Source of the DNA: the human T2T-CHM13v2.0 reference genome, Homo sapiens
Assembly: GCF_009914755.1 (NCBI RefSeq)
Contig: NC_060925.1
DNA length: 64,000 bases
Strand: one strand, 5' to 3'
In this document: in pieces, positions 45,030-55,532 of the stretch
How positions within the stretch are numbered: the first letter of the stretch is position 1
Layout: each line of letters begins with the position of its first letter
The notes under the pieces: generated by a model
Databases searched by the model: none
Told to the model about the DNA's origin: nothing
The model's input: the letters and a program-made list of their open reading frames with translations, nothing else
Program-made: the position numbers and the translations under genes

Positions 45030-47090
45030 TTCTGTTTGTTTTTACTTTCAGTGATGTTTATAGCATCATTGTTTGGGGGCAGAATGCTGGAAACAAAGTT
45101 AATGGCCATCACCAATGTTAACGGTTGAGTAAATTATGCATGGAGGGAATTTTTCCACATTGATGTGGTGGAATTAACCCAAAATATTATTGGGAGAGAA
45201 GTGGAAAATACAGATAACTCTTTACGCCATGGTCCTTCCCTTGGTTTTTTGGAAAAGAAAACAGCGCCCCTTCCCCATGTCTTTGCCTATGTCCGCTGCT
45301 TCGTGTGGACCCATACCTGTGTTCTATGTGGTTACCAAGTGCATGCACTGTGGGTTCCAGCATGTCGCCAAGGGAAGAGGGAGGGAGACGCAATGCAGGC
45401 GGAAAGAAGAAAGGAGAAAAAAGTACTCAGGAAATTCAGCCTGAATGAAATAAACCCATTTACCTGAAATGCGTGTGTCTTTCAATCTTCACAAAGTGCA
45501 TCTTTTTCCACCATTTCACTTTCAACCGACCTATGCTGTTGGAAGTGAGCATGGGGCTGGTGTGAAGACGGCGTATAGCTGGGTCGTTTTCTTATCCACC
45601 CTACCAATCTCTGCCTTTCAGTTGGTGTATTTAGTCCATTTACCTGGTAACTCATTGATACACGGAATCTCAAGTCTGCCATCTGATCACTCTCTGCTGT
45701 GTCTTCTGCTTCTCATTCCTGTTTCTCTTTTCTTACCTCCCTCTGGGTTACTGGAACATGTTTCAGGATTGTGTCTTGATTTATTTAGCGTGTTTAGAGT
45801 ACCTCGTTTTTGTAGGTTTCTTAGTGGTCACCCTGGGTATTACGCCGTATATGCCGGGATGTATATGATGTCACAAGCTACGGGCATTGACATGGTACCA
45901 TTAGAGGGAAACGTGAAACCTTCTTCTGTCCGGGACCCTTCCCCCTCACCTCTAAAACACAGTTGTCTTGTCTGCTGTGTGTGCACTGAATGCAACATCA
46001 GGGGGGCTGAGATTTTTCCTTCAACCATCAAATATGATTTAAGAAGCTCGTCAAGTCGAATCTATTGACCCCTATTTTTACCCAATCTGGTGTTCTTTTG
46101 TCCTGTCTGAAGCCCAAGACTCATTGTGCTGTTATTCCTCCTGTGTTTAGAGAGCTTCCTGCAGCCATTCTGCAAAGATAGGACACTGGCAACAGAATCT
46201 TTGCCTTCCTTCAACTGAGGTGACTTAATTTCTCCCTCATCCCTGAAGGCTGTGTCCACTGCAGTGGAATCTGCAGGTCACCGTTTCCTTTCAGCTCTCG
46301 GGCTCTCCAGCCGCCTGGTTTCGATCAGGCATCCTCTGTTATTCGCTGGGCTCCCCAGGTCATGGGTCAGGTCTCTGTGGCTGCTTCAGAGTTTTCACTG
46401 TCTCTAGATTTCAGAAGTTTAATTTTGATGCGTCTCGGAGTGGATTTCTTTGGGCTTATCCCATCACCTTTTCCCACCGCGTGAATGCTGGGGGTTCACA
46501 TCCCTGCAGGGAGCCCACTGACCCTAAGGTTCAGGCTGAAGTGGTGGCGATGAGACTGGCTCACACCACCTGGCTCAGCCTCACTGCTGCTGCTGGGGGC
46601 GGTGGGGTGGGGTGGGGGGTGGAGGGAGGTGGGGATAGGATGGGGGTGAGATGGGGAGGGAAGGGGATGGAGTGGGGTGAGGTGTAGGGGTAATGTGGGG
46701 GTGGGAAGGGGCGGGAGTGAGGTGGAGGTAGGGTGTTAGATCAATTCCCCACTTTCCCACTGAAACCCAAAGGTGGGGTGTGGTGTTTTCATTGGTGTTG
46801 AGCTGGAGTAAGGAAGGTGTTTCCAAAAAGCTATTCTGCTGGGTCACCCTGTTCCCAGGGGGAACAGGCTTTTCTGGGAGCTTTTTGTGTCTGTGCCTGT
46901 TGGAGATTTGGGTCAGAGGCTTCTGAGCACCCTGCTAGACACGTGTGGGAGACAGTCAGGAAGCCTAGGAGCCCCAGTCCCGAGGTCCCTGGGCGGCCTT
47001 CCACCTCCCAGTCTTTCTATGTGTGTTTGCTGTGTTACATCCAGCCTTTTAAGGGAGGACCTGGTAGGAATGGGGCCTTTGAATGAGGTT
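45030..47090. mobile_element. Cluster of ancient L1M fragments
   Basis: L1M-like phrases (ccatttcactttcaacc, tttagtccatttac, tttcagaagtttaattttgatgcgtctcggagtggatttctttggg). Confidence 0.6.
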
Positions 47091-47394
47091 TTTATTTCTT
47101 TCCATGGTACCCGAAAGTTACAAGGAAATGTAGTGAGGGCTCCTGGCCTCCACCATCAAAGCCCTTCCTGTCAGGGTCACTCCAGTCTACAGGTGAGAAT
47201 GTCCAAGGCCACACAGGGAGTTGAGAGCAGAGCTCAGCCCAGAGTCCCAGACCATGGCTCCTTCTCCTTTGTATACTCCTCCTAGACCCTTCTCCACTCC
47301 AGATGATCCCCATGTTACTAAACTACACCACAAATAAAATAGAACTAAAAGAAAACTCCCTTTTTCTATTCAAGACACCCTGCTTCTCTTCTTA

Positions 47395-48532
47395 TGATGG
47401 CTTCTGCTACTACTGCTATTGCTATGGTGGTAGGAATGTGATGGTTGTGGTGATGATGGCAGTGATGGTGGTGGTGGTGGTGATAATGGTGATGGTGGCA
47501 ATGATGGTAATGAAGATGACAGTGATGGTGATGATGATGGTAATGACATGGTGGTGTGATCATGATGATGGTGAGGATGGTGGTGGTGATGATGGTAACA
47601 GTGATGATGATGGTGATGGAGGTGATGGTGATGGTGGTGATGATGGTGATGGTGATGGTGGTGGTGGTGATGATGATGGTGATGATGGTGATGGTGATGA
47701 TGGTGATGGTGGTGATGATGGTGGTGATGATGGTGGTGGTGGTGATGATGATGGTGATGATGGTGATGGTGATGATGATGGTGATGATGGTAATGACAAT
47801 GATGGTGATGATGATAGTAATGACATGGTGGTGGTGATCATGATGATGGTGAGGATGGTGATGGTGATGATGGTGCTGGTGACGATAATGATGGTGGTGA
47901 TGATGGTGATGGTGGTGGTGATGATGGTGATGATGACAATGATGGTGATCATGATGGTGATGATGATGGTGATGGCGATGGTGATGATGGTGGTAATAAC
48001 ATAGTGGTGATGATCATGATGATGGGGAAGATGGTGGTGGTGATGGTGACAGTGATGATGATGATGATGGTGATGGTGTTGATGGTGATGGTGATGAATA
48101 CAGTGATGGTGGTGATGATGGTGAGGATGATGATGATGGTGGTGGTGATGATGATGGTGGTGATGATGACGGTGATGGTGGTGGTGATGATGAGGATGAT
48201 GATGGTGATGGTGATAGTGATGATGATGGTGATGATGTGATGGTGATGGTGATGGTGGTGATGATGACAGTGATGGTGGTGATGATGGTGAGGATGATGA
48301 TGGTGATGGTGATGATGATGGTAATAACATGATGGTAGTGGTGATCATGATGATGGTGAGGATGGTGGTGGTGATGATGGTAGTGATGAGGATGATGGTG
48401 GTGGTGTTGATGGTGCTGATGACAGTGATGGTGACAATAGTAATGATGATGATGATGGTGGTAATGATGGTGATGATGACCACAACTGAGATGACTGTGG
48501 TGATGATGGTGATGAAAATGGTGATGGTGGTT
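47395..48532. repeat. ~1.1-kb (GAT/GGT)n trinucleotide-type repeat
   Basis: Direct reading. Confidence 0.95.
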
Positions 48533-49376
48533 TTCTGACCTCTAGTTCTTCAGAACTATGTTCTTCCTGGGGCACTGCAGTGAATAGATGGTAAGCAGTC
48601 CCCCAAGGCCCTGATAGAGTTTCTAGAAAGAGCATTGTAACACAGCTGGCTTTTAACTGTGGCTTTCTTGAGAGGGGTGGAAGGTCCAGAGCGTGTCAAG
48701 CAGACGAGGCTGCTGCTAGTGAGGGAGGAGAATTGGGAGGAGCTGTGAGGTCAGCCTTTGCATCCGAGGCTTGACCCTGCTTCAGCCTGGAGGTGTCCAA
48801 AGTGAAGGGCCAAGGCCAGGGGATGGGCTGGGCTAAGCCCTGGAGGAGGAGAGAGACGCCTCCCTCTGGCTTTGAACTGTTTGACCTTGCCTAGCAGGCA
48901 TCCACAGGAACTGGCTTGAGCCTGTTTCCCTATTGGGAGCATATGCATTCCCATGCCCAGACTCTGTCAGAGGACTCCACGAGCCCCAGCCAGCTCTTTG
49001 CTTTGGTCCTAAACAAGATCTTTCTGTGACGTGCCATTTGGATGCTGCCATCTGGGGGCTCTGCTGGAGGGGTTTCTTGTTCAAAACTCGCGGGCGGAAG
49101 AGAGGACATGGAGCAGAGCCCAGAGAACATGAGAATTGGTTCTCCTGAGACTGGCCCTGCAGTGACACTGGTGGGGACCAGTAGCTGTCAGCTCCTGCCT
49201 CTTGTCCCGGGGACCTCTCAGAAGTGACTGCTTTGTCTGCAGGTGGAGGGTGCTCAGGGCTACCCCATGCTCAGTGCCCCTGCCTCCATCATCTCCTCCA
49301 CTGACCTCCAGTCCTGGCTTCCATTATGGACCCTCAGGAGCAGGTTCCACGAGAGCCCAGAAGCTCCATCTATGGC

Positions 49377-49517
49377 AGTGATTAGACACAAAAACTGCCA
49401 CACTAGGGGAGGATCAGGCCAGGAGGGCATCCCCACACTCAAGCACCCCATGCCTCATGGCATGGTCACCTCCTGGGACATCAGGGAGGCTATCTCAGGG
49501 CACTGCTGCACCAGGGG
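49377..49517. repeat. Dispersed direct repeat, copy 1 (copy 2 at 51904-52045)
   Basis: agtgattagacacaaaaa.tgccacactagggg...ctatctcagg..ccagggg, roughly 90% identical by eye. Confidence 0.95.
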
Positions 49518-50973
49518 ATCCAGATGCCTGTGCCCCAATGGAGGCGCCATGATCCCTTGCTGAATGGCACCACTATGATGATGTTTTCTGGAGGACCTGG
49601 TGCTCCAGGGTCCTACACCCCTGCAGACTCATCTCCACCAGGGGCAGGCGGGGGGGGGGGGGGCATGGCACACAGTCCTGAGAGCGGCTGCCTGCCCCAT
49701 GGCATGGCTCCAGCCAGAGGGCAAGACATTGCCTGACACCCAGGCCAGCTCCTGTGAGAGCAGGACCCTCTGTGATCTGGGCTGAGGGTGAGGTGGGCAG
49801 GACACCGGGAAGAGGCTCCCAACAGACCTTGGCAGAGGATGCGGGAGAGTCTGAGGAAGACAGGCATGACTCTGTCTTCTCCAGTGGCCATGCCATCGGG
49901 GGCAGAGTCCGGCCCTTCTAAGCCCTAGAGCTACTCCGTATGGTGAGGGCCCAGGTCAAGGTTCCAGGAATCCACAGCTGGTCCTAGTGGAGGGGCCAAG
50001 TGCAGCCAAGAATCCACACAGGAGGAGACTAACCCTCAAACCCTCAAAAGTCCGCCGAGGAATGGGAGCCTCACAGGCAGCTCCACACTTGGCCCCAGAG
50101 GTACCATGGGGCTGCCCCTACTCGGAGTGGTGGGAAGCTGCTCTGCTGAGCTGCGTTCCGCCTTCCCGGGTGGCGGGGGTCACCCGTCCCACCTACAGGG
50201 AGCTCGGTACAAACGCTCCTCCCAGGCAGGCACCAGCCCTCGCAGGTGGGGCAAAGCTTGGTAAAGTTCCAGCCTCTGCTGCAGCTGCCGCTCTCCACCT
50301 GGAGCAGCCATCGGGAGGTCCTGGGCATGGACCTCAGCTGGGTGGGCAGCACCCCAGGGAAGGAGCCCCCAGCCCTGTGCTCACACCCACTGCACCCTGG
50401 TGTCCACATTTCCACCCTGAGGGTCTCTAAGGCCCTAGCCCCCTCCACCCAGCAGCAGGTGTTGAGCACACAAGGCCCTGCCATTCCCAGGCTTTCTGGG
50501 ACTCACGAAGAGCCTCTGTCACCCGGACCCCTATCCCTGGGCCTCCACCCCTCCATGTGTGTCTAGGCACACAGCTGACTTGGATAAATGCCCCGACCAC
50601 TGCACTCACTCTCTCTCCTTTTGCGGGGACCCAGACCCCCGCTTGGGAGACCAGAGTTGACCCAAGGGTCACTGCTGACTCCGGGGGCCAGAGTGGGGCG
50701 GCCCACAGCAGGGCACGGAGCTCTCAGCTCCCTTTGCCTCACTCCCCTTGAGCCAGTGGTCTGGGGAGGCTTTGGGCTCTGGATCCAAAGCCCCCGACCC
50801 TCTACCTTCCTTCCCGAGTGTGGGACGGGGCTCCTCTGCCTCCGGGATGGTGAGGGCAGGACTGGGCCTCCCTGGGGGTCCCCAGGAAACCCGATGCAGG
50901 GATGTAAGTCCCCCTGAGCCAGCGCAGGAAGCTTGTAAACAAATGAGGTGTAACTGTCGACAGTTTAAATGCT

Positions 50974-51039
50974 GTGCGGCTTGCCGGCTTCCAGATGAGA
51001 GGGGATTTACGGGCTCTTAGGCGTTCAAGCGGGTTCCCG
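50974..51039. repeat. Inverted repeat arm (partner at 52062-52127)
   Basis: 66 bp with 3 mismatches to the reverse complement of 52062-52127. Confidence 0.95.
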
Positions 51040-51076
51040 GTAATCCAGCGCAGATAAGGAGTGTAGTGCGGCTGCC

Positions 51077-51524
51077 GGCGGAGCCCCTGTCGCCTGGGAG
51101 GGGACCCCAGGGGCTGGCACACAAAGCCAGGACCCTTCCCGGCGGAGCCCCTGTCACCTGGGAGGGGACCCCAGGGGCCGGCACACAAAGCCAGGACCCT
51201 TCCCGGCGGAGCCCCTGTCACCTGGGAGGGGACCCCAGGGGACGGCACACAAAGCCAGGACCCTTCCCGGCGGAGCCCCTGTCACCTGGGAGGGGACCCC
51301 AGGGGACAGCACACAAAGCCAGGACCCTTCCCGGCGGAGCCCCTGTCACCTGGGAGGGGACCCCAGGGGACAGCACACAAAGCCAGGACCCTTCCCGGCG
51401 GAGCCCTTGTCACCTGGGAGGGGACCCCAGGGGACGGCACACAAAGCCAGGACCCTTCCCAGCGGAGCCCCTGTCACCTGGGAGGGGACCCCAGGGGCCG
51501 GCACACAAAGCCAGGACCCTTCCC
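51077..51524. repeat. GC-rich VNTR, 7 x 64 bp
   Basis: Unit ggcggagcccctgtcacctgggaggggaccccagggg..ggcacacaaagccaggacccttccc starts at 51077, 51141, ..., 51461. Confidence 0.97.
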
Positions 51525-54500
51525 ACAGGGTGGCTTCATCCCGGCCCCCCTTGACCCGTCTGTCCCAATGTGGAGACAGCTCCTTTCCCTGTGGAAGACG
51601 TCGGGGATGCTGTCCCTGAGATGGGCCAGGCTGCAGGGGGGACTCATGATCCTGGGAGCTGGGCAGGCACCTGCAGGCAGAAGAGACCAGCCATGAAAGG
51701 AAGAAGTCTGGCTCACACACTGCTCACAGGCCCCAGGAAGAAGGGGTTGGTGGGGTTCCCCGGTGCTTCCAGCCCCTGGTATGCAGGCATGTGGGCATGA
51801 CCCTAAATGGATGGTGACGGATGCTGTGGGGTGGGGTGGGGTGCCCCGGTGCCACGGACGGGCCATGCTACTCCCTTCCCGCCTTCTAGGTCAGGAGCCT
51901 AGAAGTGATTAGACACAAAAAGTGCCACACTAGGGGAGGCTTGGGCCAGGAGGGCATCCCCACACTCGAGCACCCCATGCCTCATGGCATGGTCACCTCC
52001 TGGGACATCAGGGAGGCTATCTCAGGACACCTCTGCCACCAGGGGCTCCAGCGGCTGCTGGCGGGAACCCACTTGAACTCCTAAGAGCCCGTAAATCCCC
52101 TCTCATCTGGAAGCTGGCAAGCCGCACCGTCGGGCTCCAGAGTGAAATTATCAGCACCCCGCAAGCCGAGGCTCCTAGGAATGCCTCGAGGGCTGCACAG
52201 ACCACGTTGCTCCCAGAAGGTGAAGTCCACGCCTGTGGTCCCGGGGGCGGGAAAGCCCTGTGGTTCGGGCACGAGCCAGGAGCCCGAGGAGGGTCTGGCC
52301 AAGGCCAGGAGGGGCCTGGAGTCACCAACCAAGTCAGACCTTAGGTCATTCGTTTGCCTGGCAGGTGCTCCCAGGAACAGTGGGTCCTCCCGCATGCCCG
52401 GCCCTCTGGGCAGGTCTGTGCCGGGAGCTGGGCAGAGTCGGCAGTGCCCGCTCTGGGATGCGCAAGGATGTCTGAAGCTGCCGTGGGCCGAGGTCGGGGC
52501 ACAAGGCCCAGGGCACAGGGCGGACCCGGTGATGACCCCAAGATGGACTCCCTGCTCTCAAGGCTCCCACCCAACGCAGAGCCCAACGCAGGGGCGAAGG
52601 GAGGCAGAGCCACGGTGGGCTAAGTTTAGCTCCCTTGGCATTCATCACCAGGATGACTCTTTAGAGAATTTCCATGAGAGTGGGGCTGCCCCAGAAAGAG
52701 TGAGGGGCACTTGGACTGGTGGGATGAGGGAATGCCGGGCTCGCCAAGGGGACCCAGAGCAGTGCCCCTCCCCGGCCCTTGTTATGGGTCAGGGAACCAG
52801 GGAAGACCAACCTTCTCATTCCTACAGGGCAGGACCCAAGCATCACGCCTGCTCTTGTCCTAAGAGGAGGCCTCCTTCGGCAGGGCCAGGCCCCGCAGCC
52901 GGCAAGATCCAGCCCCTCACCCAGGCCCCAGCGAGGAAGCCGGAGCTGCTCCAGCCTCACAGTTTTGCTAGGAGTGAAAATCTCTGCACCCCACGGCGAT
53001 GCCTGCCTGTCTGCTAGGGCGCCTGCTATCCCCGCTGGCCCAGGGCTGTGTCCCCAATGTGGGCAAAACTGTCACCAGGCCATTGTGCAAAGCCAGGAGC
53101 AGCATGCCACCACTTCCCTCCTCCACATTTACTTTCAGATCTGGCCACGGCTTTCGGCTTTCTGGTAGGTGTCCATGATCTGCCAGTACGTGCTGATCCC
53201 TGTGCGCTGTGGCCCCTGTGTCCGGGGCACTGTCCTTCGGTGACAATGCCCGGCATGGGAAACAATGCAGACATTGTCATGGCTGGTCCTGGCTCAGCGT
53301 GGGGAAATGTAAGACATCCTCAGTTATCACAGCCACGGGGGACAGGGCTGGGCTCCAGCTCACCAAGATATAATAATTTTCTCCCATTATTCAAATCTCT
53401 TCTTCTCTCACTCCACCTTTGGGTGTCAGCAGCAGCGGAAGGGAGAGAGTGTCCGGGCTGGAACCCAGGGCCCTGGGACGTCTTCCTATCTGGGCTGTCT
53501 GGATGGCATCCAGGGACACACGGGGGCCAGGGAGCTGGGCACCACTCCCCGGGGATCCCTTGGGGGGCCGGCCAGCCACAAGGACGCCCAGCAGGCGACT
53601 CCTGGATTCACCCCCTCCCCACCATTGTCTCTGGACCTGAGGCCCGCAGTGCTCTGGCAGGGCCAGCAATGACGCTGACGCTGGGAGAGATGTGATCAGA
53701 GGGTGGAGACATGCCCGCCCATCACCACCCTCGCAGGCCAACTCTGGCCAGAGGTGGCCATTCCTGGCTCCCATAGGCTGGAGGCTCCATGCACTTTTGC
53801 CAGCCAGGCCTCGGGGTCAGGGGACACGAGAGCCCCCACACCTGGCAGGGTGGGCCGCCTCCCAGAGAGGGAGCACGGAGCCTGCTCCACCCGCCGTGGC
53901 GGGCTTCAGGGCTCACTGAGAGGCGTCGGCCAGCGTAAGAGGATACCTCACAGTTATGCAACCCGGGCCAGCGAGGATGGGCCCGCAGCCCGGCCAGCCA
54001 AAACAAGCACCGTCCGGCTCCAGAGTGTGAAATTGTCAGGCCCAATTAAAGGGAGCTCAGGGAGCCGGCTGGGGGCTGGACAGGGGAAGAGCCTTCCTGG
54101 GAAGGGCTGCAGGCTGTGAGGCTTGATCCACTCTGTGGAGGTCTGGCCCTGCTGCCACCCGGGCACCCTGGGGAGGACGGGGGGAGGCGTCCGGAGCCTT
54201 CTCCTCTTTCGCCCAGTTAGACTGGGACATTTCACACACAAACACGGTGCAAGATGGAGGGACAGCCAGAGACACTCTTGCTCCCTTTTTCTGCCTAGGG
54301 AGTCTTGGAGGCCGGTCCCCGGTGAGACATGGGCTCTCTGAGCAGCCAGGCCCTGGTGGGTCCTGAGATTCTGACAGGAGCCCAGGCTTGGCTGTTACCG
54401 GGAATTCACAGTGCAGGGGTAGGAGCCAGCGTCGACTCCAGGGTAGGAAGGGGCATCCCACCACCTGGTGCAGGGCCTGGGGTGGAGCGAATGCCCTCTA

Positions 54501-55134
54501 AATGTTGAGGAAAAGGAGGACCATGTGGGCTGTGCTGGGCTGCCCTGGGGGTGCCTCCAAGGCTTTGGGGTGACTCGATGTTGGGTATGGCCCGGGGGAA
54601 GGGAGACACACCAACGAGGCACGTTACCCTGGCGTGGCACTCCGTGTCTGTAGAGGGCACAACCCCTTTTCCTGCCGGCCATCTCCAGGGCCAGCCAAAT
54701 GCAGCAAGAGGCACCACCAGCCCCAAGAGGAGGTGAGGGGAACACGCTCCACTTCGTGCACCCCAGGCTGGGGCCCCACGAGCAGGACATGGCTGGCCTG
54801 GAGCCGGTCCCGGACGAGGCTGACCCTCCACAGCAGTGAAGGGGCAGCAGCTGGGCAGGAAGTGGAGCCTGGTGGAGACCACTAGGGGAGCGAGGGGCTG
54901 TGCGGCTGAGCAGGGGGCGCATCTCTTATCTCATGGAGCCCGGGAGATGGTTCCCATAAAGCCCATCCCCAGACACAGGAATGAGAAAAGCAAAACTGAG
55001 GCTGGAGGAAGGCCTGGAGGCATTGGCTGTGTCTGCAGTGGAGGGAGGGGCTCAGCAAGAAAGCCTGGGCCACGCGGGAGGCATTTCCGGGCCGGGAGTG
55101 GCGGGAGCTGCGAGCTTCCCATGGTTTTGTCGCG

Positions 55135-55532
55135 TGTGTAAGGCGTGGGGAGTGGGTGAGTTTGCGCGTCACCTTGGCTGGGCCACCTCCACCCAACTTC
55201 ACCAGATGTTGTGGTGAAGATGTGTTTAGATGTGGGCACACCTGACATCCGCGGGCTCTGAGTCACGCAGGTGGGCCCCTCATCGTGTGAGGGGCCTCAT
55301 CCAATCAAGGGAAGGCCTTCAGAGGAAAAGACCAGCTCCCCAAGGAGGGGGTCCTGCCCTCAGATGCAAAACCGCAGCATCAACTCTTCCTAGATCTCCA
55401 GCCTGTCAAGGCTGCCAGCGCCCCCACAATTGCTGGTTCCTTAAACTACCCCCCCCCGCCGCTTCTCACACACACATACAGAGTCTAGCACACTTCCTAT
55501 TGATTCTGTTTCTCTGAAGAACCCTTGCCAAC
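55135..55532. mobile_element. MLT2-type (ERVL) LTR
   Basis: gtcaccttggctgggcca...gggcctcatccaatca...cctattgattctgtttctctgaagaaccct. Confidence 0.8.

Noticed and set aside
47303-48538. Met/Val/Asp-rich and poly-His ORFs
   Set aside because: Artefacts of the GAT/GGT repeat.
51077-51524. CRISPR-like regular array (also 22971-23244)
   Set aside because: Head-to-tail units without unique spacers, no cas genes, eukaryotic context: these are VNTRs.
52142-53017. 291-aa ORF starting in the mosaic
   Set aside because: Non-ATG start, composition typical of random GC-rich DNA, no homology recognised.
54877-54920. Two CTCF-like motifs
   Set aside because: Both deviate at core positions, and such matches are common in GC-rich DNA; unsupported without ChIP data.
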